A stretch of DNA of 64,000 nt from Oscillospiraceae bacterium (GTDB lineage Bacteria > Bacillota > Clostridia > Oscillospirales > Oscillospiraceae), in contig JAZQVC010000038.1 in assembly GCA_045631645.1 (NCBI GenBank), forward strand, positions 1,856-65,855, read 5' to 3'. A program made the position numbers and the translations under genes. Shown here in pieces: positions 10,301-18,024 of this stretch. The notes under the pieces are model-generated. The model searched no databases. It was given only the letters and a program-made list of their open reading frames with translations, and was not told the DNA's origin. The stretch's first letter is position 1, and each line of letters opens with the position of its first letter.

Positions 10301-10424
10301 TATCTTCAGGGCAGGGTGAAAATCCCGACCGGCGGTATAGTCCGCGAGCGCTTGCGCATGAATCGGTGTAACTCCGATACCGACAGTAATGACCATTGGT
10401 CAAAGTCTGGATGGAAGAAGATAA
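10301..10424 (+). promoter_or_regulatory. FMN riboswitch (RFN element)
   Basis: cttcagggcagggtgaaaatcccgaccggcggtatagtccgcgagcg ... ccgacagt ... agtctggatggaagaag matches the RFN core. P1 pairs tatcttc with gaagata. It sits upstream of a riboflavin ECF S-component gene. Confidence 0.9.
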
Positions 10425-10454
10425 TAGCGATTTTTTACCTTCGCTTAATCTTTG

Positions 10455-10497
10455 TGCATCTGCAGATATATCTGTATGATGCATTTTTATTTTTTGG
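10455..10497 (+). terminator. Riboswitch expression-platform terminator
   Basis: tgcatctgcagata/tatctgtatgatgca hairpin followed by tttttatttttt. Confidence 0.6.
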
Positions 10498-10508
10498 AGG
10501 TAGTTCCC

Positions 10509-11060
10509 GTGAATGTTAAGCACCGTACCCGCAAACTCACCGCAATGGCTATTATGATTGCGATATCCGTTGTGTTGGTTTATTTTATTCATATCCCCAT
10601 CTTCCCTCAGGTCGCTTTTCTTGAATATGACCCCGCAGACATCTCAATTCTCATCTGCGGCTTTGCCTTCGGACCCGTTGCTGGAATTTGCGTAACAATT
10701 ATAGCATCCCTTATTCAGGGGCTCACCGTCAGCGCCCACAGCGGTGTTTACGGAATACTCATGCACGTTATTGCAACAAGCGCCTTTGTTCTTGTTTCTT
10801 CGATCATATATCGCCGGCATAAGAGCAAAAAAGCAGCAGCCATTGCGCTTATTTGCGGTGTTGCTGCAATGGTTATCGTTATGGTTCCTGCCAATCTTTT
10901 TATCACTCCTTACTTTATGGGAGTTCCCAGAAGCCTTGTCGTCGATCTTCTTGGCTTTATCGTTGCATTTAACGCCATTAAAGCCGGAATTAACGGATTT
11001 CTAACCTTCCTGCTTTATAAAAGCGTATCCAAACTTTTCAAACATTTTGAAGTTAAATAA
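10509..11060 (+). CDS. ribU: ECF transporter S component, riboflavin-specific (RibU)
   Basis: GTG start 8 nt after GGAGG. About 6 TM and about 183 aa. Directly downstream of the FMN riboswitch. Confidence 0.85.
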   Translation: MNVKHRTRKLTAMAIMIAISVVLVYFIHIPIFPQVAFLEYDPADISILICGFAFGPVAGICVTIIASLIQGLTVSAHSGVYGILMHVIATSAFVLVSSIIYRRHKSKKAAAIALICGVAAMVIVMVPANLFITPYFMGVPRSLVVDLLGFIVAFNAIKAGINGFLTFLLYKSVSKLFKHFEVK

Positions 11061-11065
11061 TAAAA

Positions 11066-11097
11066 AATAACCGATGCAATTGCATCGGTTATTTTTT
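11066..11097. terminator. Bidirectional intrinsic terminator
   Basis: aaccgatgcaattgcatcggtt palindrome flanked by A- and T-runs, between convergent ribU and the ligase gene. Confidence 0.8.
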
Positions 11098-11100
11098 ATA

Positions 11101-13380
11101 TTAAAGCTTGCTTCTAATTATCTTGCCGCTGGTGGTCTTGGGAAGTTCAGTGCGGAAGACAATGATTCTGGGATACTTATAGGGAGCGGTACGCTTCTTA
11201 ACATACTCCTGAATCTCAGCAGCGAGCTCATCGCTACCCTCATTTCCCTTAGTCAGAACGATGCTGGCTTTGACAACCTGTCCACGTACGGGATCGGGTT
11301 CAGCGGAGACACCGCATTCAAGAACATAGGGAAGTTCCATAATAACGGACTCGATTTCGAAAGGTCCGATTCTGTAACCGGAGGACTTGATAAGGTCATC
11401 AGCGCGGCCGACATACCAGAGGTAGTCATCCTCATCGCGCCATGCAAGGTCACCGGTATGGTAGAATCCGTCATGCCAAACAGCAGAGGTTTCGGCTTCA
11501 TTTTCAAAATAACCCATGAAAAGTCCGCAGGGAGCGCCATCGCTGACCTTTATGCAGATTTCACCGGGTTCGCCATCGGCAGCCTCTTCGCCTTCAGCAG
11601 TAAGCAGGTGGACATCATACAGGGGGTTAGGTTTACCCATAGAGCCGATTTTAGGCGCCATACCTACATAGTTACCGATAACGCAGGTGGTTTCGGTCTG
11701 ACCAAAACCTTCCATGATGGAGAGTCCGGTATGCTCGCGGAAGCGGTTGAAAACTTCGGGGTTCATTGCCTCGCCGGCAGTGGATGCATGCTTAATAGTG
11801 CTGAGGTCATATTTGCTGAGATCTTCTTTAATGAAGAAGCGATACATGGTGGGAGGCGCACAGAAGGTGGTTATGCCGTACTTCTTGAACATCGGCATAA
11901 TGTCATCGGCATGGAAACGGTCGAAGTCATAGACGAATACAGCTGCTTCGCAGAGCCACTGACCGAAGAGCTTGCCCCACATAGCCTTTGCCCAGCCGGT
12001 ATCGGAAATTGTGAGATGAAGTCCATCGGGATCAACACAGTGCCAATATCTTGCAGTAACGAAATGTCCGAGAGGGTATTTGCAGTTATGTGCTGCAAGC
12101 TTGGGATAGCCGGTAGAGCCGGAGGTAAATATCATCATCATAGGATCATCGCCGCAAATACTGTCCGCAGTGCGGGCGAAGCGGCTTGAATACATCTCGA
12201 ACTCATCGTCGAAGCAGTGCCATCCTTCGCACTTACCATTGACAACGATCATGTTTTTGATATTACCGTATTTTTCAATAGCGCTGCGGGATTCGATGGT
12301 GGATGTTCCGTCAGCAGTGCAGATAATATGCTTAACGTGAGCAACATCAAAGCGGTAGAGATAATCCTTCTCGAGAAGCTGGTCAACGGCCGGAATAGCA
12401 ACTGCGCCAAGTTTTTCAAGACCAATAAGTATGGGCCAGAACTGCCAGTTGCGGCGGAGAACAAGCATTACAGCATCGCCTTTTTCAATTCCCAGAGAGC
12501 GGAAATAGTTAGCAGCTCTGTTGCTCATCTTTTTCATTTCGCCAAATGTGAAACGATGCTCGCTCTTATCAGCGCCAATATGCACCATTGCAAGCTTGTC
12601 AGGCTGCTTTTCTGCTATTGCGTCAACAACATCGAAAGCGAAATTGAAACGATCGGTGTTTTTGAAAGAAATGCTCTTGAGAACACCGCTGCCGTCTTCA
12701 ACAGGCTCGATGAAGTTTTCCCAAATGCGCTTTTTGCCTGCTTCGCGGGTTGCGGTAATTGCAGGAACTGCGGCGCGCTTGGGCTGAACTTCCTCATCGG
12801 GAGTGAGAACAATAGCATAAAACTCGCAGTCGGTGCCATTGGTTGCAATGAGACCGTGAGGAGTTGTGGAGTCATAGTAAACGGTATCGCCGGGGCCAAG
12901 GATCTCGATATGATCACCAATCTGAACCTTCAGATAACCGCTTATAACGATATCGCACTCCTGACCTTCATGAGTGGTCAGTTCAATAGGCATCAGCTGA
13001 GCTTCAGGGGAAAACTTGCTGTAAACATAAAGAGGCTCTGCAATTCTGTTGCGGAATCTATGAGCAAGGTTATAGTAGGTCATTCCGTGGGCCTGCTCAA
13101 CGCGCTGTCCTTCCCCTCTTCTTGTAAGGGTATAGCTGCTGAGTCGGGGCGCAGTGCCTTCAATAAGCTCTGTAACGTCGACGCCAAGAGCCTGGGCGCA
13201 CATATAAAGGAATGCGAAGTCCAGATCCTGCTCGCCGGCCTCATAGGAAAGATACTCATCAAGAGATATGCCAATCTTCTTGGCCATATAATCTTCACTG
13301 TAACCAAGTATTGAGCGCAGTTCCTGAATACGACTGGCGATTTCCAGAATTTTGAACTGCAAAGCATTTTTTGTCTGCAT
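11101..13380 (-). CDS. Fusion protein: XRE-type HTH + cupin + AMP-forming (medium-chain-type) acyl-CoA ligase, paralog 1
   Basis: 759 aa. N-terminal HTH (LRSILGYSEDYMAKKIGISLDEYLSYEAGEQD), then a cupin (HEGQECDIVISGYLKVQIGD...PGDTVYYDSTTPHG). Ligase motifs follow: FTSGSTGYPK, GQTET, YHTGD, SSGYRIGPFEIES, SGKIIRSKL. Confidence 0.9.
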   Translation of the reverse strand: MQTKNALQFKILEIASRIQELRSILGYSEDYMAKKIGISLDEYLSYEAGEQDLDFAFLYMCAQALGVDVTELIEGTAPRLSSYTLTRRGEGQRVEQAHGMTYYNLAHRFRNRIAEPLYVYSKFSPEAQLMPIELTTHEGQECDIVISGYLKVQIGDHIEILGPGDTVYYDSTTPHGLIATNGTDCEFYAIVLTPDEEVQPKRAAVPAITATREAGKKRIWENFIEPVEDGSGVLKSISFKNTDRFNFAFDVVDAIAEKQPDKLAMVHIGADKSEHRFTFGEMKKMSNRAANYFRSLGIEKGDAVMLVLRRNWQFWPILIGLEKLGAVAIPAVDQLLEKDYLYRFDVAHVKHIICTADGTSTIESRSAIEKYGNIKNMIVVNGKCEGWHCFDDEFEMYSSRFARTADSICGDDPMMMIFTSGSTGYPKLAAHNCKYPLGHFVTARYWHCVDPDGLHLTISDTGWAKAMWGKLFGQWLCEAAVFVYDFDRFHADDIMPMFKKYGITTFCAPPTMYRFFIKEDLSKYDLSTIKHASTAGEAMNPEVFNRFREHTGLSIMEGFGQTETTCVIGNYVGMAPKIGSMGKPNPLYDVHLLTAEGEEAADGEPGEICIKVSDGAPCGLFMGYFENEAETSAVWHDGFYHTGDLAWRDEDDYLWYVGRADDLIKSSGYRIGPFEIESVIMELPYVLECGVSAEPDPVRGQVVKASIVLTKGNEGSDELAAEIQEYVKKRTAPYKYPRIIVFRTELPKTTSGKIIRSKL

Positions 13381-13414
13381 AAGGCAAACCTCCCTGAAAA
13401 TTTTTGGGATAAAT

Positions 13415-13664
13415 AAAAAAGTCCCCGGAAATCCGGGGACGGAATATACCGCGGTACCACCCTGGTTGCGGATTATAAATCCGCCACTTTTAGAGTCTTA
13501 TAAAACTCATATTGCTCTTACGCGGCTTCACGGGAGGCTCTACTAACCTTTCGGTTTTCTGCTCTCCGACTCCGGAGCGACAAGTTTCGGAAACAAACGC
13601 AATCTGCTTTCACCGACCGCAGACTCTCTGATGCGTCATAAATCCAACTCTCTCCATCATTGCC
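13415..13664 (-). promoter_or_regulatory. T-box leader 1 (tRNA-sensing transcription attenuator)
   Basis: Minus-strand RNA shows GGC-AAUGAU-GGAG (K-turn), AGAGU, the CAGAGAG AG-bulge, the GGUGAAAGC distal loop, the conserved T-box AACCAGGGUGGUACCGCGG (13449-13467) and the terminator GUCCCCGGAUUUCCGGGGAC + U6. Confidence 0.85.
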
Positions 13665-13698
13665 TTTAGTGTATTAAATTGATAAATAACTTTAAAAA

Positions 13699-13726
13699 GT
13701 ATAAACGATAGCCCAAATTTCGTCAA
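13699..13726 (-). promoter_or_regulatory. Putative sigma-A promoter for T-box leader 1
   Basis: Minus strand TTGACG-17 nt-TATACT, immediately upstream of Stem I. Confidence 0.45.
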
Positions 13727-13742
13727 GATCTTTTTGTCAAAA

Positions 13743-14429
13743 TCAAAGGCTTTCTATAAGCGCAGGTATTTCATCAAGACTCTTGACTACAAACTCGGGA
13801 ACGATGTCCTCTCTGCCCTGCTTACCACTGGGATTAAACCAACAGGTATGGATTCCAACGTTGAGACCGCCCTTGATATCACTTGTGAGACTATCGCCGA
13901 TTATTATCATCTCACTCTTCTCATAAGGAGGCATCTGGGCGAAGCATTTATCGAAAAACTCTACACGGGGTTTATCAAATCCAACACGCTGAGAAATAAA
14001 TATTTCCTCAAAGAAATGACCTATGTCTGCGCTTTTAAGTCTGGGCACCTGAACGGATTCATTTCCGTTAGTGACCAAATAAAGCTTATATTTTCCATAG
14101 AGGGACTCAAGAAATTCAACAGCACCGGGAATGAAATAGTGTCCTATACCCAGATTGGTATTATAAAGCTGCTGAGTGGCGGCGCTGTCTCCCTCTACTC
14201 CAAGTGCCTCAAAAAGTCTGTCAAAACGATATACAAGGACCTGCTCTCTTGTAAGCTCTCCGCGTTCAAGCATCTCCCAGTGGCGCTTATTTATTTCGCT
14301 ATAAAGACTAATGGTCTCTTCATTAGGCTCAATTCCCACTTCGCGAAAGGTTTTCCGGATTGCAACATGTTCTGCCTTGGTGAAATCAAGCAAGGTATCA
14401 TCGCTATCAAGCAAAACCGCTTTAATCAT
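13743..14429 (-). CDS. HAD-superfamily hydrolase, YjjG-like nucleotidase subfamily
   Basis: DSDDT motif I (LLDSDDTLLDF), TNG motif II and GDS..SDI motif IV. 228 aa. Confidence 0.8.
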   Translation of the reverse strand: MIKAVLLDSDDTLLDFTKAEHVAIRKTFREVGIEPNEETISLYSEINKRHWEMLERGELTREQVLVYRFDRLFEALGVEGDSAATQQLYNTNLGIGHYFIPGAVEFLESLYGKYKLYLVTNGNESVQVPRLKSADIGHFFEEIFISQRVGFDKPRVEFFDKCFAQMPPYEKSEMIIIGDSLTSDIKGGLNVGIHTCWFNPSGKQGREDIVPEFVVKSLDEIPALIESL

Positions 14430-14484
14430 ATATTTTCTCCTTGTGTAAATGGGGCGAACAAAAGGTTCGCCCCATAAATTTTGA

Positions 14485-16791
14485 TTAGAGTTTGTTTCTT
14501 ATGATCTTACCGCTGATGGTCTTGGGAAGTTCATCTCTGAACTCAACAATTCTGGGATACTTATAAGGAGCAGTGCGCTTTTTGACGTATTCCTGAATCT
14601 CTTTGGCAAGCTCATCACTTGGCTGAGTACCCTTTACAAGGGTGATGCAGGCCTTTACAACCTGTCCGCGAATTTCATCGGGAGCTGCGCAAACGCCGCA
14701 TTCAAGAACATAGGGAAGTTCCATGATAACGGACTCGATCTCGAAAGGTCCGATGCGATAGCCGGAGGATTTGATAACATCATCAGCGCGTCCGACATAA
14801 TAGAAATATCCGTCCTCATCGCGCCAAGCGAGGTCACCGGTGTGGTAATAATCATCGTGCCAGCTATTATGTGTTGCATCAGGAGCATTGAAATAGCCCT
14901 TGAAGAGACCGCATGGAGCGCCATCGCCGGTGTAAATTACAATTTCGCCGGTTTCACCGTCGCCCACAAGTTCGCCATCGAGGTTCATAAGCTTAACATC
15001 ATACATGGGATTGGCCTTACCCATAGAACCAAGTTTGGGTCTTGTTCCAACAAAGTTACCGATAGTGAGGGTGGTTTCGGTCTGTCCAAATGCTTCCATA
15101 ATAGTAAGACCAGTTGCTTCCTTGAAACGGTTGAAAACTTCGGGGTTAAGAGCCTCGCCGGCGGTAGTGGCATGCTTGATGGAGCTAAGATCGTACTTGC
15201 TGAGATCTTCCTTGATGAAGAAACGGTACATAGTGGGAGGTGCGCAGAAGCTGGTTATGCCGTATTTAGCAAACATAGGCATAATGTCATCTGCTGCGAA
15301 TCTATCAAAGTCATATACAAAGGTTGCTCCACCGCACATCCACTGTCCATAGAGTTTGCCCCAAAGAGCCTTACCCCAACCGGTTTCAGAAATTGTGAAA
15401 TGAACGCCGTTGGGATCGATATTATGCCAGAAACGGGCAGTTACATAGTGTCCGATGGGATATCTGTAGCTATGGTCAACAGCCTTGGGATAGCCGGAAG
15501 TTCCGGAAGAGAAAAGCATCAGCATAGTGTCATCGCCACAGGGACTATCCTCGGTGCGGCTGAAACGGCTGGAATACATATCATATTCATCGTCAAAGCT
15601 GTGCCATCCTTCGCGAGTGCCGCCTGCAATAACCTTAAGACGGACACTGGGGCAGCGTTCCATTGCCTTCTCTGCTTCAACAGAGCTTGTTCCGAAGGCG
15701 CTGCAAACAACTGCAGAGACATTTGCGGCATTGAAGCGATATTCGAAGTCTTTTTCAACAAGCTGGTCGGTTGCAGGTATTGCAATAGCGCCAAGCTTAT
15801 GCAGACCAACAATGATGGGCCAGAATTCCCAGTTACGGCGGAGAACAAGCATTACGCGCTCGCCTTTCTTTATACCAAGAGCACGGAAATAGTTGGCTGC
15901 TCGTGCGCTCATCTTCTTCATCTGGAGGAAGCTGAAGCGGCGCTCATTCTTCTCGCGATCGATATGTATCATTGCAAGGCGATCAGGTTCGCGCTCTGCA
16001 ATGGCATCAACAACATCAAAGGCAAAGTTGAAGCTATCAGTGTTGGAAAACTTGATGCCAACGGGAGTTCCTTTTGCGTTCACCTCAGCAGTGATGAACT
16101 TATCCATGTAGTTGGGGAATTCCTTGACCTGAGGCAGTTCAATTGCTTCGGCCGCCTTAACGGCAGAAGCGTTAACCATCTTTCCATGGCTCCATATAAG
16201 TTCTTCATCTTCATCAGGAAGAACGATGGCGCAGAAAACGCAGTCAGAACCTCCAACAGCAATCATGCCGTGAGGAGTTGAGGAGTTATAGAAGATGCTG
16301 TCGCCTGGAGCAAGAACTTCGGTGTGTTCTCCTATGCGAACCTTGAGGGAGCCTTCAATGACAATGTCGAACTCCTGACCTGCATGAGTATCCTGCTCGA
16401 TAGGCTGAGACTGCTGTGCCTCGGAATACTCATAACGAACCCAATAAGGGTCGGCCTTGCGGTTTTTGAACATGGGAGCAAGACTCTGAATAGTAATTCC
16501 CTGCTCTCTTGCAGTGAGCTGTCCGTCTCCGCGTCGGGTAACGGTATAGCCGCTGAGGCGAGGAGCACTGCCGCGAAGCAGCTCCATCATCTCAACATCA
16601 AAAAGCTCTGCACATTTATGAATATAACTAAAGGGCAGGTCTGCCTTTGCATTTTCGTAAAGCTCACATTCAGCGAGGGAGAAGCCGGTAAGCTCTGCCA
16701 TCTGCTCAATAGAGTAGCCGCAGTCAAGTCGCAGGGACTTAATTCGCAGCGCAACCTCCATCATAAGCATTCCACTGTTTGTAGTAGCCAT
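14485..16791 (-). CDS. Fusion protein: XRE-type HTH + cupin + AMP-forming (medium-chain-type) acyl-CoA ligase, paralog 2
   Basis: Start reassigned to MATTNSG (ATG at 16791, SD GGAGG 8 nt upstream), because the 872-aa tracked ORF runs through the T-box leader. Same three-domain layout and ligase motifs as paralog 1: FSSGTSGYPK, GQTET, YHTGD, SSGYRIGPFEIES, SGKIIRNKL. Confidence 0.9.
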   Translation of the reverse strand: MATTNSGMLMMEVALRIKSLRLDCGYSIEQMAELTGFSLAECELYENAKADLPFSYIHKCAELFDVEMMELLRGSAPRLSGYTVTRRGDGQLTAREQGITIQSLAPMFKNRKADPYWVRYEYSEAQQSQPIEQDTHAGQEFDIVIEGSLKVRIGEHTEVLAPGDSIFYNSSTPHGMIAVGGSDCVFCAIVLPDEDEELIWSHGKMVNASAVKAAEAIELPQVKEFPNYMDKFITAEVNAKGTPVGIKFSNTDSFNFAFDVVDAIAEREPDRLAMIHIDREKNERRFSFLQMKKMSARAANYFRALGIKKGERVMLVLRRNWEFWPIIVGLHKLGAIAIPATDQLVEKDFEYRFNAANVSAVVCSAFGTSSVEAEKAMERCPSVRLKVIAGGTREGWHSFDDEYDMYSSRFSRTEDSPCGDDTMLMLFSSGTSGYPKAVDHSYRYPIGHYVTARFWHNIDPNGVHFTISETGWGKALWGKLYGQWMCGGATFVYDFDRFAADDIMPMFAKYGITSFCAPPTMYRFFIKEDLSKYDLSSIKHATTAGEALNPEVFNRFKEATGLTIMEAFGQTETTLTIGNFVGTRPKLGSMGKANPMYDVKLMNLDGELVGDGETGEIVIYTGDGAPCGLFKGYFNAPDATHNSWHDDYYHTGDLAWRDEDGYFYYVGRADDVIKSSGYRIGPFEIESVIMELPYVLECGVCAAPDEIRGQVVKACITLVKGTQPSDELAKEIQEYVKKRTAPYKYPRIVEFRDELPKTISGKIIRNKL

Positions 16792-16828
16792 AAAATCGCC
16801 TCCAGAAAATAATGTGAGATGCGGAGAT

Positions 16829-17101
16829 AAAATAAAAACCCGCCTCAAAGATACAAGACCTTGAGACGAGCTAAACATTAACCCGCGGTACCACTCAAAT
16901 TGCGATTTGAAAAATCGCCACTCATCGGACTCTGTCAAGCCCTTGGCATTAACGCAGCCTTCACGTGGACTCTTACCCGATTTTACCCGCTCGGAATCCC
17001 GACTCGGAAGTGATGGACATATTGGCGTCTTCGTCATCCGCTTGCAGCAAAACGCGGACTCTCTGTGTCGGAAGGACATCCATGTCGTCTTCGTCATTGT
17101 C
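16829..17101 (-). promoter_or_regulatory. T-box leader 2 (tRNA-sensing transcription attenuator)
   Basis: Minus-strand RNA shows GAC-AAUGAC-GAAG (K-turn), the CAGAGAG AG-bulge, the conserved T-box AAUUUGAGUGGUACCGCGGG (16882-16901) and a terminator hairpin CGUCUCAAGG/CUUUGAGGCG + GGUUUUUAUUUU. Confidence 0.85.
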
Positions 17102-17111
17102 ATTTGAAGAT

Positions 17112-17140
17112 ATTAAAGCACTTACATTATTTTTTGTCAA
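17112..17140 (-). promoter_or_regulatory. Putative sigma-A promoter for T-box leader 2
   Basis: Minus strand TTGACA-17 nt-TTTAAT just upstream of Stem I. Confidence 0.45.
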
Positions 17141-17224
17141 TCACTTTAGTTATTAAATATATACAAAAAGCGTATTTTATTTATCAAATTAAATTGATGA
17201 AGAGTAAAAAATTATCAAACTTTC

Positions 17225-17253
17225 TTGACGGAGCAAATTAAGGGATATATAAT
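17225..17253 (+). promoter_or_regulatory. Putative sigma-A promoter of the P-loop/oxidoreductase operon
   Basis: TTGACG-17 nt-TATAAT, 46 nt upstream of the 17299 start. Confidence 0.5.
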
Positions 17254-17298
17254 CAACAAATGGCGCTTTATACATTAATCTAAGGAAAGTCGGAGTAT

Positions 17299-18003
17299 AT
17301 GACGAATTTTCTCTCGCTTATGGCACATGGGCCAAGAAAAATTGCCGTTACAGGGCATTTCGGCTGCGGTAAAACCGAGTTTGCCGTATCCCTTGCAATG
17401 GCATTGGCAAAATTAAATATTCCAAATCTGGCTCTTGCGGATCTTGATCTCGAAAACCCCTATTTCCGCTCAAGAGAGAGAATGACCGAGCTTGAGAACG
17501 CCGGTATAAAGGTTTATTCCGACCCTTTCAAAGGTAAAAACGGCAGCGAGCTTCAAACACTGGATCCTGCCATAAGAGCGCCTCTCGAAAATCCCGATTG
17601 CAGAGTTATTCTCGATGCAGGCGGCGACTTTACAGGCGCAATGATACTTAATCAGTATTCAAAATATCTTAAGGAAGATACTCAGCTTCTTTATGTACTC
17701 AACAAAAACCGCCCCGGAACAAGCGATCTGGAAGGTGCGCTCTTTCAGCTGAAAAGCATTGAAGAAACCACCTCTCTTTCCGTAAGCGGCATAATATCCA
17801 ATTCTCATCTTATCCGATATACAAGCGAGGAAGATATTATTGAAGGCTGGGAATTTGCTCAGGAAGTGAGCAAAGCAACCAGCATACCCGTTCTTTGCGC
17901 ATGCTGCATGGAACAACTTGCTCCTTTAGTCAGCGGAAAAGGATTTGACGTGTTCCCCATCGGAATGTACATGAGGGACAGCTATCTTGACAAACAAGTT
18001 TGA
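17299..18003 (+). CDS. SIMIBI-class P-loop NTPase of unknown function, first gene of the 2-oxoacid oxidoreductase operon
   Basis: Walker A GHFGCGKT, Walker B-like VILDAGGD, and a possible degenerate NKxD (LNKNR). 234 aa. Confidence 0.6.
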   Translation: MTNFLSLMAHGPRKIAVTGHFGCGKTEFAVSLAMALAKLNIPNLALADLDLENPYFRSRERMTELENAGIKVYSDPFKGKNGSELQTLDPAIRAPLENPDCRVILDAGGDFTGAMILNQYSKYLKEDTQLLYVLNKNRPGTSDLEGALFQLKSIEETTSLSVSGIISNSHLIRYTSEEDIIEGWEFAQEVSKATSIPVLCACCMEQLAPLVSGKGFDVFPIGMYMRDSYLDKQV

Positions 18004-18024
18004 TTCACATATTTGGAGGTAATT

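Noticed and set aside
10245-10592. 115-aa minus-strand ORF spanning the ribU leader.
   Set aside because: The region is fully explained by the FMN riboswitch and its terminator on the plus strand.
11074-13314. Long plus-strand ORFs (11074-12189, 371 aa; 12217-13314, 365 aa) opposite ligase paralog 1. Similar ones (14842-16281, 479 aa) lie opposite paralog 2.
   Set aside because: These are shadow ORFs on the antisense strand of genes with unambiguous ligase motifs. Their products are low-complexity, have no recognisable domains and have no SD sequences.
16792-17103. N-terminal 104-aa extension of the 872-aa tracked ORF (14485-17103).
   Set aside because: The extension runs straight through the T-box leader and its terminator. 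A good SD + ATG at 16791 begins the conserved HTH domain, aligned with paralog 1.
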